Shown: positions 1 to 9,996 of the stretch, one piece after another
How the letters are laid out: every line of letters begins with the position of its first letter
Numbering within the stretch: the stretch's first letter is position 1
Source of the DNA: an uncultured Verrucomicrobiota bacterium
GTDB lineage: Bacteria; Verrucomicrobiota; Verrucomicrobiia; Limisphaerales; UBA8199
DNA length: 64,000 nt
Reading direction: 5' to 3'
NCBI GenBank assembly: GCA_964653485.1
Contig: CAZZFF010000019.1
Coordinates: 1,219 to 65,218, forward strand
Translations under genes and position numbers: made by a program
Notes under the pieces: model-generated
The model's input: the letters and a program-made list of their open reading frames with translations, nothing else
What the model was told of the DNA's origin: nothing
The model's database searches: none

Positions 1-1012
1 ACGAAGAAGTTACCGTGATGGTTACGGTCGCCGGGGGCGAGATGTTCACGCCGTCGGTGGCCTGGTACGTGAAGGTGTCCATTCCGGCGAACCCGGTGTT
101 GGGCGTGTAGGTGAACGAGCCGTTTGCGCTGAGGGCCAGAGAGCCGCCGGCCGTTCCGCTGACCAACTGCGCCGTCAGAGGCGCGCTCCCCCCCGTGTCA
201 TTGGCCAGGACCCCCGGCGCCGCCACCGTCAAGGTCGTGCCCTGCACCACGGTGTAGCTGTCGTTATTGGCCACGGGCGGGGTCGATATTCCCGTGACTA
301 CGACGTTGGACACCGCGAGCGTGTAGGCCGTCGGATAGGTCGCCATGTCCACGCTAATCCCGCCGGTGGTGAACGGGGCAACCCCGCCAAAATTGTTGTC
401 GGTCACGCTGATGACCTGCGCGCCATCAAAGGACACCGTGATGTTGGCGCCCTGGAAAGTGACGGTCACCGTGTGCCAGTTGGTTCCCACTCCCTTGGTC
501 AAATTCGCCGACGCCATCGGCGTCCCGCTCCAACTCGTCCACCCCTCGAACTTGATGAGCTTCAACATCGCGGAGCCGCCGGCCGAACCCTCCGGATAGA
601 CCCACGCTCCGTAATGCGCCCCGGTGGTGGCATTCAATTGCCCGCCAAGGCCCCCGCCCCAGGAGCCGTTGGTGATTGAGAAGCGGATGCCGGCCTGCAC
701 CGTGTAGTTGCCCCAGCCGCTGGCGCTATAATACGCGTAGCCATAGCCGTTGACCGGACTGGTGCCGCTCAACACACTGTTGGCGACGGTCCACTTTCCG
801 CTTTCCACGGCAAAGGGCGCCACGCCGCTGCCTGGGAAGCTATCGGTGAACAGCGTGCCCGACGCCCCCAGCGCCCCGTGTGTCAGCCCCAGTGTCAGCA
901 GCGCGGCGAAGTTGAGCAGTTTCCTGATCGGCGCTTCAATGGAGACCGAGGTGTTCAGCGTCCAGAGGGCGACTCCGGGCACAATCAGAGCGATGAGAAT
1001 TGCAAGCGACAT
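1..1012 (-). CDS. Large secreted/surface protein, 5' part (runs off the window start); carbohydrate-binding-like beta domain followed by a cadherin-like/Big_9 (VCBS-type) Ig domain
   Basis: Not in the ORF track because it has no stop in the window. Manual minus-strand translation from ATG 1012 gives MSLAILIALIVPGVALWTLN... (hydrophobic leader) and later PPVANNDSYTVVQGTTLTVAAPGVLANDTGG...LSANGSFTYTPNTGFAGMDTFTYQATDG, a typical tandem-95/Big_9 repeat. Confidence 0.85.
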   Translation of the reverse strand, partial: MSLAILIALIVPGVALWTLNTSVSIEAPIRKLLNFAALLTLGLTHGALGASGTLFTDSFPGSGVAPFAVESGKWTVANSVLSGTSPVNGYGYAYYSASGWGNYTVQAGIRFSITNGSWGGGLGGQLNATTGAHYGAWVYPEGSAGGSAMLKLIKFEGWTSWSGTPMASANLTKGVGTNWHTVTVTFQGANITVSFDGAQVISVTDNNFGGVAPFTTGGISVDMATYPTAYTLAVSNVVVTGISTPPVANNDSYTVVQGTTLTVAAPGVLANDTGGSAPLTAQLVSGTAGGSLALSANGSFTYTPNTGFAGMDTFTYQATDGVNISPPATVTITVTSS

Positions 1013-1399
1013 AAGTCTACCCGTTCCATGTTACCTCTTTTCCTTTCGGGTTCACCTGTCTGAGCGGCATCCCATGACGCAGGGCGGGCCACGTTCCCGC
1101 GAAGGACGCAACTATAGAGCGCCGTTCTGAAATCTCCGGCCTCAATCCGGCCCTCGTCGTCCCCGGAAAGTGCCACGTCGAGTTGCCGTTGTCAACGCGG
1201 TCTGCCCGATGGCACCGCACTCCGAAACGGCGCTGCTTCCGCCGCCCCTCGGACTCGGCACGTCCTTGACCTCGCCAACGGGCGTGGCTTATTCTGCGCC
1301 CGTCAGGCGTTGCGGACCGCGTCCGGTTTGTTGGTCCGCGCGCGAAGTGCAACGGAATTGCCGCGCCCCGCGGGGGCGCTTAACGACCTAAACACGAAC

Positions 1400-2749
1400 A
1401 TGAACCGACAACCAAACCTCACACGGCGTCAATTTCTCTCAACCTCCGCTATAGCGGCGACCGCTTTCAGCCTGGCGCCACGCCACGTCGTGGCGGGCAG
1501 CGGCGAGACCCCGCCCAGCGAACAAATCAACATAGCCGGCATTGGAGTCGGGGGGCAGGGGGCCGGAGACATCGAGGAGGTCTCGCGGGGGAGCAATATT
1601 GTGGCCCTGTGCGACGTGGACCTGGCGCACTCCGGCGGGACTTTCCAGAAGTTCCCCAAGGCGAAGCAGTTTCGCGATTTCCGGAAGATGTTCGACGAGA
1701 TGGAGAAGAGCTTCGACGCCGTGGTGGTGGCCACGCCCGACCATTGCCACGCGGTGGCCGCGATGGCCGCCATCAAGCACGGAAAACACGTCTATTGCGA
1801 GAAGCCGCTGGCCCATTCTATCCATGAAGTCCGTGAGCTAATGCGGGCGGCCCGAGAGCACAAGGTTGTGACCCAGCTTGGGAACCAGGGCCACTCGTTC
1901 GAGACTATCCGCCTGTTCTGCGAGTGGGTGCGCGACGGGGCGATTGGCCAGGTCCATACCATCCACGCCGGCTGCAACGCCAGGAACTCGGGCATCGATC
2001 AACTGCCCCACCTCAAAGAGGAGCATCCCGTGCCGCCCACCCTCGATTGGGACCTTTGGCTTGGGCCGGCGCAGCAGCGGCCGTATCACCCCGCCTATCT
2101 GCCGGGCTCATGGCGGGGCTGGGTGCCCTTCGGCAACGGAACAGTCGGGGACTGGACCTGCCACGTCGTGGATCCCGTCTTTTGGGCCCTGGACCTCGGC
2201 GCGCCGGCCACCATTCAGGCCGACGTCAAGGATTACGACTTCAAGACCCAGGGCGACGCGTTCCCTTATGGTGAAGTCATCACCTACGAATTCGCGGCCA
2301 AAGGCAGCCGCGGGCCGGTGGTGATGCACTGGTACAGCGGCAACCGGCCTATACCCCGGCCGCCCGAAATGGAGCCGGACGAGAAGTCCATCGAGACGGG
2401 GGCGGTGGTCGTTGGCGACAAGGGCACCATTGTGTACGGCTCCCATGGAGCAGGCCAGGTGCGTCTGATTCCCCAGGCCAAGATGGACGCCTACCACAAA
2501 CCGGAAAAGACCATCCCTCGCGCCAAGGAGCACCACCAGGATTGGCTCCAGGCCATCCGCAACCACACCAAGGCTGGCTCCGACTTTTCCTACGGCGGGC
2601 CGCTGACCGAGATTGCCCTGCTGGGCATCATCGCCATCAAGATGGGCGGCAAGAAGCTCGAATGGGACGGCCAGAGGGCCCGCTTCAAGAACTCCCCCGA
2701 GGCCAACCTGTTCCTGAATCCGCCTTACCGGACGGGGTGGAGTTTGTAG
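1400..2749 (+). CDS. Gfo/Idh/MocA family oxidoreductase with Tat signal
   Basis: TRRQFL twin-arginine motif, IGVGGQG Rossmann motif, HVYCEKPLA motif; start moved to ATG 1400. Confidence 0.93.
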   Translation: MNRQPNLTRRQFLSTSAIAATAFSLAPRHVVAGSGETPPSEQINIAGIGVGGQGAGDIEEVSRGSNIVALCDVDLAHSGGTFQKFPKAKQFRDFRKMFDEMEKSFDAVVVATPDHCHAVAAMAAIKHGKHVYCEKPLAHSIHEVRELMRAAREHKVVTQLGNQGHSFETIRLFCEWVRDGAIGQVHTIHAGCNARNSGIDQLPHLKEEHPVPPTLDWDLWLGPAQQRPYHPAYLPGSWRGWVPFGNGTVGDWTCHVVDPVFWALDLGAPATIQADVKDYDFKTQGDAFPYGEVITYEFAAKGSRGPVVMHWYSGNRPIPRPPEMEPDEKSIETGAVVVGDKGTIVYGSHGAGQVRLIPQAKMDAYHKPEKTIPRAKEHHQDWLQAIRNHTKAGSDFSYGGPLTEIALLGIIAIKMGGKKLEWDGQRARFKNSPEANLFLNPPYRTGWSL

Positions 2750-2751
2750 GC

Positions 2752-4731
2752 GTGACCATCCGTGGTTTTCTGCTGGCCCTTCTCTGGCTTGCCTTGCCCG
2801 TTTCCATGGCAATGGCAGGCCAGAAGGTTCCCGACGCTGCCGCGCCGCGGCCGGCAGGTCCCACACTCCGCCCGCTGGCGGATGCGGGTTTTCCCGACCT
2901 CTTCGTCTGGACGGATACATGCAATGCCTACGTCCTCCGCGAGGGTGAGCGCGGCTTGCTCATCGATCTGGGCGACGGAAGCGTGCTGGACCACCTGCAC
3001 GAGATTGGGGTCAAGACAGTCGAGTGGGTCCTCTTCACGGGCCACCATCGCGAGCTGTGCCAAGGCTCTGCCCGCTTGAAAGGTTGGGATGCCCGCTTGG
3101 CCGGTCCGGGCGCGGAGCGGGCTCTCTTCGAGGACCCAACCTCCTTCCGCAAGATGCACCCGATGCTCGCAGACGCCTTCACTGTCCACAGCGCCAGCTA
3201 TGTTCGGCCCCCGGTGCAGCCTATTCCATTGGACAGGGTCTTCTCGCGGATGGACACCTTCGACTGGCGGGGCCACGAATTCTGGTGCGTCGAAACAAAA
3301 GGGAACAGCCCCGGCGGCATGAGCTATCTGCTCAAGGTCAACGGGCGGTGGATGGCGTTCTCGGGCGACGTGATGCTCGACGGGGCGCGCATGCACAATT
3401 ATTTCGACACGGAATGGGACTACAGTTTTGCCTCGGGCATCCGGGCCCTCCACAACGCGGCGGCGCTCGTGGAGGGTTTCGACCCGGCCTTGCTTCTGCC
3501 GGCCCATGGGCCGGTCATTCCGACGCCGAAACGGCAATTGCGGGAATTTCAGAAAAAGCTGCGCCGATTGGACAGCCTGGTCGTGCGCGGCTATGACGTG
3601 ATGCGCTTTGACACCGCCGATCAAGACCGTGTCTCCACCCCAACCTCCGTTCCCTTTGTCTGGCGCACCACGCCGCATCTCTACAAGTTCAAAGGCCCGG
3701 ACTATTACCCAAATTTCGTAATGCTCCTGGCCGACAGCGGCCATGCCCTGCTGGTCGATTGCGGGCTGTTCGAGGAACCGTTCCTGGACCGCTCGCTGGT
3801 CCTGATGCGGGAGCGGTTGGGCTTGAAACAGATTGATGCGGTCCTGATCAGCCACATGCACGGCGATCACATGCTCGAGGCGCCCCATCTGCGCCAGAAG
3901 TGGGGCGCCCCCATCTGGGCGCTCGACCGGGAGGCCGACCAGATGGAGCATCCCGAGCGGTACGATTATGCCGCGCCCATTCAGGCTTATGGGAAGGGAT
4001 TCGATTCTGTGCGGCCCGATCGCGTGCTTAAGTCGGGCGAGACTCTCGAATGGGAAGGGTACACGCTGACCGCGGACTGGATGCCGGGCCAAACGGAATT
4101 CGCCATGGGCCTCTCCGGCACGATCGACGGCCGGAAAGTGGTTTTCACCGGCGACAACATCTTCGCCGATCCCAGAAATCCGCGGCATACGGGCCATGAG
4201 GCGATCGTTGCCCGGAACAGCGGCATCCTCGAGGAAGGTTACATTTATGGCGCGGAGTACCTCACGCGGCTCAAGCCCGACCTCATCATGGGCGGCCACT
4301 CGTATGTCATGGAGCACCCGGCCGGACTCATCAAACGCTACCGCCAATGGGCCTACGACATGCGCGACTGCTTTCGGTCCTTGAGCACCGACTCGGATTA
4401 CCGTTACTGGTTCGACCCATTCTGGGTCCGCGCCCAACCGTACCGAGTGAGCCTTCAGCGCGGCAAGTCCGCCGAGTTGGCAGTCCAGGTGCGCAACTTC
4501 CGCCAAAGCCAACAAACCCATCGTGTCGAGATTCATACCCCTGTGGGCGTGGCCGCTGCACCTGCTGTTCTCGAGGGCATGCTCGGCGGCGAAACCCGCA
4601 AGTCATTCCCCGTCGTCCTCACCGCGAGCCGGGACGCGATTCCCGGCGTCCACATCGTCGCCTTCGACATCACCCTGGATGGCCATCGCTACGGGGAGTG
4701 GTTTGATTTTATCCTGAGCGTCGAGCCTTGA
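2752..4731 (+). CDS. Secreted metallo-beta-lactamase-fold hydrolase with two MBL domains (first degenerate)
   Basis: GTG 2752 directly after the upstream stop, hydrophobic signal ending SMAMA; N-domain LFTGHHRELCQG (degenerate), C-domain ISHMHGDHM (intact HxHxDH). Confidence 0.85.
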   Translation: MTIRGFLLALLWLALPVSMAMAGQKVPDAAAPRPAGPTLRPLADAGFPDLFVWTDTCNAYVLREGERGLLIDLGDGSVLDHLHEIGVKTVEWVLFTGHHRELCQGSARLKGWDARLAGPGAERALFEDPTSFRKMHPMLADAFTVHSASYVRPPVQPIPLDRVFSRMDTFDWRGHEFWCVETKGNSPGGMSYLLKVNGRWMAFSGDVMLDGARMHNYFDTEWDYSFASGIRALHNAAALVEGFDPALLLPAHGPVIPTPKRQLREFQKKLRRLDSLVVRGYDVMRFDTADQDRVSTPTSVPFVWRTTPHLYKFKGPDYYPNFVMLLADSGHALLVDCGLFEEPFLDRSLVLMRERLGLKQIDAVLISHMHGDHMLEAPHLRQKWGAPIWALDREADQMEHPERYDYAAPIQAYGKGFDSVRPDRVLKSGETLEWEGYTLTADWMPGQTEFAMGLSGTIDGRKVVFTGDNIFADPRNPRHTGHEAIVARNSGILEEGYIYGAEYLTRLKPDLIMGGHSYVMEHPAGLIKRYRQWAYDMRDCFRSLSTDSDYRYWFDPFWVRAQPYRVSLQRGKSAELAVQVRNFRQSQQTHRVEIHTPVGVAAAPAVLEGMLGGETRKSFPVVLTASRDAIPGVHIVAFDITLDGHRYGEWFDFILSVEP

Positions 4732-4854
4732 GCGGCGACGTGAGCGACTGCCCAGCCCGTCTCCTGGCATGGGCGGCCCTGGTCCCTGCGCCTGAACTTG
4801 CCCCCGCCGGCAGGCTTGTTTTTTCTCAGCCGCCCGTGAATAGTTAGAGGACGT

Positions 4855-7800
4855 ATGACCGAGACCATTGCGACTCGAAGCGGATTGGCCCTCCAAGTTG
4901 GCAAGCAGGCGACCGAGAAGGCCATCGAGATTGACCTCCGATTGGATGGCCGGCGAAAGTGCGTCTTGCACTGGGGGCTGCGCCAGCCGGGGCAGGATGC
5001 CTGGCGGCTGCCTCCGCAGACGGTCTGGCCCGCCCAAACTCGAGCCGTCGGGCCGGCCCTCCAGACGCCCTTCGCGCCGGAGGACGGCCACGGGAGCATC
5101 CGCATCCGCCTCCCGATGCCGGACGCATGTTCTTCCATTGATTTTGTCCTCTTCTTCCCGGACCAGCGGGCCTGGGACAACAACGGCGGCCGAAATTATC
5201 GCATCGAGATGCCCCAGGCTCAGCAGGACGGCGCCCCGTTGGACACGGCTCTCAAAGAATACGCCGGCCAGAAGAAGCTCCTTTTTCAACGTGTTTTCGA
5301 TCTCGAACCGTCCGGGCGTCTGGCCGTCTTCGTGACTCGCGAGGAAGATCGGTTCGTCATCATGATGCTGACCGATGTGCCGGATCTCCTGCTGCACTGG
5401 GGGATTGCCCGGTACTCGTCCTATGAGTGGTTCGCCCCGCCGGCCTCGCTCCAGCCCCCGGGGACCGTCCTTTGGGAAGGCCACACGGCGCAAACGCCGT
5501 TCACGGTCCAGGACGGCCTGGGCCGGTTGCGGCTGGAGATACCCCAGGCCGACGCCCCAATGGGCCTTCAATTTGTGCTCAAACAGGCCCAGGCCAACCG
5601 ATGGCTCCGGTATCGCGGGGGGAATTTCTTCATCCCAGTTCGTATCGATTACGAACAAAAGTCCGGCATCAGCTCGCCGGAACTGACCGGCATCGTCGAC
5701 CAGATCGTTCGGGCGGAGATGGGCGGAGGTTCCTGGACGCTCATGCACCGGTTCAATCTCTGCCATGACTTGCTGGACCGGGTCGCGGGCAACGGAGACG
5801 GGCTGGCGCTGCTTTTTGTCTGGCTCCGCTACTCGACGCTGCGTCAACTGACCTGGCAGCGCCAATACAACACCAAGCCCCGCGAGTTGAGCCACGCCCA
5901 GGAGCGGCTTACCCACAAGCTGGCCCAGTTTTACAGCCAGGACCCGCCCAACCGCCCCGTTCTGCGTCTCCTGCTGTCCAGCGTCGGCCCCGGCGGCGAG
6001 GGCCAGCGCATCCGCGACGAAATCCTCAACATCATGCACCGCCATCACGTCAAGGAAGTCGCCGGCCACTTCCTCGAAGAATGGCATCAGAAACTGCACA
6101 ACAATGCGACACCCGACGACATTGTCCTGTGCGAGGCCTACCTCGAGTTCCTTTATTCCAACGGCAACCTCGACCGATTTTACGAAAAACTCCTGCAGGG
6201 CGGCGTCACTCGGCAGCGCCTTGAGAGCTTCGAGCGGCCTATCCGGAGCCAGCCCGATTTTGTCCCGCACCTCAAGGACGCGCTGATCGCCGATTTCCAG
6301 CAATTCCTCCGCATCCTGCGCTCGGTCCACGCGGGGACGGACCTGGAGACCGCCATCAACGGGGCCCGCTCGCAGTTGGATGCCAACACCCAAGACCTCC
6401 TGTGGCGCATCTGGGAGCGCCGGCACGGGCCGACGACCCTTCCCGATTTGGCGGCCGAGATTGCCGAAGCGCGCCACCGGCTTGGCCCTCGCCTGGCCGG
6501 CGGGGCCGATGCCCGTGAATTGCTATACCTGGACCTGGCTCTTGAACAGTTCCTTCGCCTGATGGTCGAGCGGAACCTCCAGAACGCCTCCGGCGGCGAC
6601 GCCCTGGTCGAACTCATCGCGTCCCTGGTCCAGAATCGCCTTCTGTCCACGGACGACGCGGAGTTGGGAGCTTGCGAGCGGTTTTGGCAGCGGCTCAAAG
6701 AGCAGCCGCGCTTCGGGGCCGATTGGTCGCTGCGCGCCAAATCGGCGGCAGACCGCATCGGGCGCGTGCTGAGCGGCTTGATCGACCGCACCTACCAGAT
6801 GCTCCAGCCCAAGGCGGAGTGGCTTGGCCACGCCTTCCACGCGGACGCCTGGGTGGTGACGCTCTTCAGCGAAGAGGTTGTGCGCGGCAGCAGCCTTGAT
6901 TTTGTGCTCTCGATGCTTTTGCGCCACCTGGAGCCGGTTCTCCGCCAGGCCGCCCACCTGGGCCACTGGCAAATCGTCAGCCGGGGCAGCGGCAGCGGCA
7001 TTGTCGAGGTCGTCGACCAATTGCGGGCCGTCCAGGGGAAGGCATTCGACCGCCCTCGTGTCGTCGTCGCCGAGCACGTCAGCGGCGACGAGGAGATTCC
7101 CGAGGCGGTCACAGCCGTGATCGCGCCGGACGTGACCGACATCGTGTCACACGTGGCGGTGCGGGCGCGCAACGCCGGCCTGCTCTTCGCATCGTGTTAC
7201 GACTCCGAAACGTTCAATCGGCTCAAGGGCCTCCAAGGCCGCGCGGTTCGGGTGCAAGTCAGCCCAAGCGGGGACGTGCAGGTGGAGGAGACCCAGGAGA
7301 AACTGATCAAACAGGCCCCCGCTCCCACTCGCTGGGCGCGCACAGCCAAGGTCCGACCTCGGTCGAGCGCGTGGGCGCTGGGCGCCGCCGATTTCGAGCC
7401 GTCCCTCACCGGCGGCAAGGCCCGCAACCTGGTCCGCCTGGACGGCAAACTTCCCGCGTGGGTGGGCCGGCCCGCTTCGATCGCCGTTCCCTTTGGCGTG
7501 TGTGAACGTGTGTTTGCGGCGCCTCCAAACCGCGCCGTTGCGGAGCGATACCAACAACTGCTCCGGCAACTCGAGACCGAGCCGGCCCTTGCCTTGCCGG
7601 GCCTGCGCGAGGTCATCCTCAAGCTCAAGGCCCCGCCCGAACTGGCTTCAGCCCTGGCCCAACAAGCGGGGTCGGCCGGCCTGGCCTGGCCGCCGGATTT
7701 CCAGGATGCCTGGCTCTGCATCAAGCGAGTGTGGGCTTCCAAGTGGAATGACCGGGCCTTTCACAGCCGCCGCGCCCAGGGCCTCCCGCACGAGGACCTG

Positions 7801-8316
7801 CTCATGGCCGTGCTCGTCCAGCAGGTGATCGAGGCGGACTATGCCTTTGTGCTCCACACGGTCAACCCTTTCAGCAACCGCCCCGAAGAGCTTTACGTCG
7901 AGGTTGTCCAGGGCCTGGGCGAGACCCTCGTCGGAAACTATCCCGGCCGCGCCCTCAGCGCGGTCATTGACCGTAAATCCAAAACAATCACCCTCCTGAG
8001 CTATCCCGGCAAGAGCCTGGTCCTTCGGGGCGGCGGCCTTATCTTCCGCTCGGATTCCAATGGCGAAGACCTCGCCGGCTTCGCGGGCGCCGGACTCTAT
8101 GACAGCGTCCTGCTCCCGGCCCCCCAAAGCTCTCTGGCGGAGTACACAAACGACCCGCTGGTCTGGGATGAATCGTTCCGGCGCGACGCCTTGCTGCGGA
8201 TGGCCGAACTCGGCCTTGCCGTCGAAGCCGCGGTCGGCGCTGCGCAGGACATCGAGGGCGTCTTGAGCAAGGGAAATTACTTCATCGTCCAAACCCGGCC
8301 GCAAGTGGGATTATGA
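4855..8316 (+). CDS. Alpha-glucan water dikinase (plant GWD1/R1-like): 2x CBM45-like, phospho-His domain, PPDK-type nucleotide-binding domain
   Basis: LHWG...W..PP...P..T...QTPF twice; WLRYSTLRQLTWQRQYNTKPRELSHAQERLT; GQRIRDEIL...EEWHQKLHNNATPDD; DIVSHVAVRARN; VWASKWNDRA...MAVLVQQVIEADYAFVLHTVNP; FRSDSNGEDLAGFAGAGLYDS. These match plant GWD blocks as recalled. Confidence 0.92.
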   Translation: MTETIATRSGLALQVGKQATEKAIEIDLRLDGRRKCVLHWGLRQPGQDAWRLPPQTVWPAQTRAVGPALQTPFAPEDGHGSIRIRLPMPDACSSIDFVLFFPDQRAWDNNGGRNYRIEMPQAQQDGAPLDTALKEYAGQKKLLFQRVFDLEPSGRLAVFVTREEDRFVIMMLTDVPDLLLHWGIARYSSYEWFAPPASLQPPGTVLWEGHTAQTPFTVQDGLGRLRLEIPQADAPMGLQFVLKQAQANRWLRYRGGNFFIPVRIDYEQKSGISSPELTGIVDQIVRAEMGGGSWTLMHRFNLCHDLLDRVAGNGDGLALLFVWLRYSTLRQLTWQRQYNTKPRELSHAQERLTHKLAQFYSQDPPNRPVLRLLLSSVGPGGEGQRIRDEILNIMHRHHVKEVAGHFLEEWHQKLHNNATPDDIVLCEAYLEFLYSNGNLDRFYEKLLQGGVTRQRLESFERPIRSQPDFVPHLKDALIADFQQFLRILRSVHAGTDLETAINGARSQLDANTQDLLWRIWERRHGPTTLPDLAAEIAEARHRLGPRLAGGADARELLYLDLALEQFLRLMVERNLQNASGGDALVELIASLVQNRLLSTDDAELGACERFWQRLKEQPRFGADWSLRAKSAADRIGRVLSGLIDRTYQMLQPKAEWLGHAFHADAWVVTLFSEEVVRGSSLDFVLSMLLRHLEPVLRQAAHLGHWQIVSRGSGSGIVEVVDQLRAVQGKAFDRPRVVVAEHVSGDEEIPEAVTAVIAPDVTDIVSHVAVRARNAGLLFASCYDSETFNRLKGLQGRAVRVQVSPSGDVQVEETQEKLIKQAPAPTRWARTAKVRPRSSAWALGAADFEPSLTGGKARNLVRLDGKLPAWVGRPASIAVPFGVCERVFAAPPNRAVAERYQQLLRQLETEPALALPGLREVILKLKAPPELASALAQQAGSAGLAWPPDFQDAWLCIKRVWASKWNDRAFHSRRAQGLPHEDLLMAVLVQQVIEADYAFVLHTVNPFSNRPEELYVEVVQGLGETLVGNYPGRALSAVIDRKSKTITLLSYPGKSLVLRGGGLIFRSDSNGEDLAGFAGAGLYDSVLLPAPQSSLAEYTNDPLVWDESFRRDALLRMAELGLAVEAAVGAAQDIEGVLSKGNYFIVQTRPQVGL

Positions 8317-8362
8317 CCCGGGCGGGCGGGAATAGCGGGGCGGCCGCAACAAAGGCATCTCC

Positions 8363-8875
8363 TCAGGAAAAACTGAAGTGCCGGACGGGTTCAGTTCGCG
8401 CCGCCTGGGCCGCTACCGTCGGGAGTGAGGCGTGGCCGGAGGTTTCGCGCGGGTTCAGGTTGGCGCATTTCTCACTGAGTTGGCGCGCTGTCTCCACCAA
8501 GTCGCGGAAATTGATCCGCTTGGCGAAAAAGAACCTGGCGCCCAAGGCGAGGGCCTTCCGGATGTCCGGCTCGTAATCAACGTCACTGAGCAACCCAATG
8601 ACGAGGCGGTGGAAAGAGCGATGCTGGCGCAGCCGGTCCAAAAGCTCCAACGCGCTCATGCCGGGCAGGCGCAACTCCGTCACGAAGAGGTCCGGAAACG
8701 GGAAGCGGACCCGATCCCCGTAAGGTCCGAGGCCTTGCAGATAATCGATGGCTTGCCGGCCGTCCTGGACAAAATGGAGAGTGACAGCCGACCCCACTTT
8801 TTTGAAGGCGAGCGCCAGGAAGAAAGCGTCATCGGGATTGTCGTCGGCCACGAGGATCGTTGGTTTGCCAGGCAT
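8363..8875 (-). CDS. Stand-alone response regulator receiver protein
   Basis: ILVADDNPDD, FVQDGRQAIDYL, GAxxFFAK receiver pattern; the expected phospho-acceptor position reads VTELRLP. Confidence 0.85.
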   Translation of the reverse strand: MPGKPTILVADDNPDDAFFLALAFKKVGSAVTLHFVQDGRQAIDYLQGLGPYGDRVRFPFPDLFVTELRLPGMSALELLDRLRQHRSFHRLVIGLLSDVDYEPDIRKALALGARFFFAKRINFRDLVETARQLSEKCANLNPRETSGHASLPTVAAQAARTEPVRHFSFS

Positions 8876-8928
8876 TTTTTACTTATACGCCTTGCTCCGC
8901 GAGTTCGCCATGGGGTGTCCGCCCCAAC

Positions 8929-9996
8929 TTACGGCGGCGGACATCTCGACGGGGCGGATTGGGGCGCGCCGGCGCCCTGATACACGGCGAGGATGTTCTC
9001 GGGCGGGACGTCGGGTTGAAAGAGGTGGGCGGGGGCGAGGATATAGCCGCCCGCGGCGCCCAGGACATCGCAGTAGCGGCGGGCTTGGGCTGCGACCTGG
9101 GCCGGGGTGCCGTGCGGCAAGAGGTCTTGCATATCGATGCCGCCGTGGAAGCAAAGGCTGCGGCCGAACTCCGCCTTGAGGCGCTCGGGTTGCATGGCGG
9201 GGCCGGCGGGCTGGAGCGGGTCCAGGATGTCCACTCCGAGCCGTATGAGTTCGGGTATGAACCGTGTGACCGCTCCGCAACTGTGGTACATGACCCATCC
9301 TCCGAGCTGGTGGATGCGGACGATCATCTCCCTCAGGTAAGGCTCCACGAACTCGTGGAACATGGCGGTCGAGATGAGGGGGCCATGCTGCCCCGCAAGG
9401 TCGCTGATGAGGAGATAGAGGTCGATGCGGCCATGGGTCAATTCGGCGGCGCGGGTGTAGTCTTCGAGGTAGAAATCGGTGAACTTCCGGCAGAGAAAAT
9501 GGACCCACTCGGGCCGCTCAGCCAGGTCGAGGAAGAACTCTTCCCATCCTCGGACCAAGGCGGGGCGTTGCCAGACATCGGCGAAGCCATAGAGGAGGGC
9601 GTGGTCGGCGTGGCGGCGGGCCTGGTCCCGCAGGCCGGAACGGTCCAGGCAATCGGGAGTGGGCCAGTCAAATGCCTCGATGTCAGCCAGGCTCCGGGCT
9701 TGCGCCAAGGCCCCTTTGACGTCCTGGCGCATGGGTCCCCAGGGGGTCGGCTGCTGGACGAATCGCTCGCCCCAGAAGTTCTGTAAAACGCCGTCGCCAA
9801 CCTGGCGTTCGGGCGGGGCGGGCGCTTCCAGGTGGCGCACGTCCACTTCGATGGCGTCCAGGAGGCGGTCCTGATCCGGATACCCGGTGTATTCGAGCAA
9901 GCGGCGCAGGGCCGGCGGTTCCGCCCAGAAATCTCGAGGGGTGCGGTCGGGCTGTTCACGCCGCACAGCGGCAAGGACTCGTTCTCGTGGAGTCAT
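8929..9996 (-). CDS. Uroporphyrinogen decarboxylase / MtaA-CmuA methyltransferase family protein
   Basis: MTPRERVLAA start, YHSCG motif, FHGGIDMQ, GGYILAPAH. Confidence 0.88.
   Translation of the reverse strand: MTPRERVLAAVRREQPDRTPRDFWAEPPALRRLLEYTGYPDQDRLLDAIEVDVRHLEAPAPPERQVGDGVLQNFWGERFVQQPTPWGPMRQDVKGALAQARSLADIEAFDWPTPDCLDRSGLRDQARRHADHALLYGFADVWQRPALVRGWEEFFLDLAERPEWVHFLCRKFTDFYLEDYTRAAELTHGRIDLYLLISDLAGQHGPLISTAMFHEFVEPYLREMIVRIHQLGGWVMYHSCGAVTRFIPELIRLGVDILDPLQPAGPAMQPERLKAEFGRSLCFHGGIDMQDLLPHGTPAQVAAQARRYCDVLGAAGGYILAPAHLFQPDVPPENILAVYQGAGAPQSAPSRCPPP

Noticed and set aside
985-1040. Strong RBS + ATG (1029) out of frame with the first gene, giving MERVDLCRLQFSSL*
   Set aside because: Could be a uORF or frameshift, but an in-frame ATG at 1012 gives a good hydrophobic leader, so no anomaly is required.
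2725-6477. Long minus-strand ORFs 2725-4536 and 4603-6477
   Set aside because: Antisense shadows of the MBL and GWD genes, expected at high GC; no motifs. The same applies to 12336-13799, 22187-23068, 39716-41749, 42481-44406, 54996-56738 and 57242-58747.
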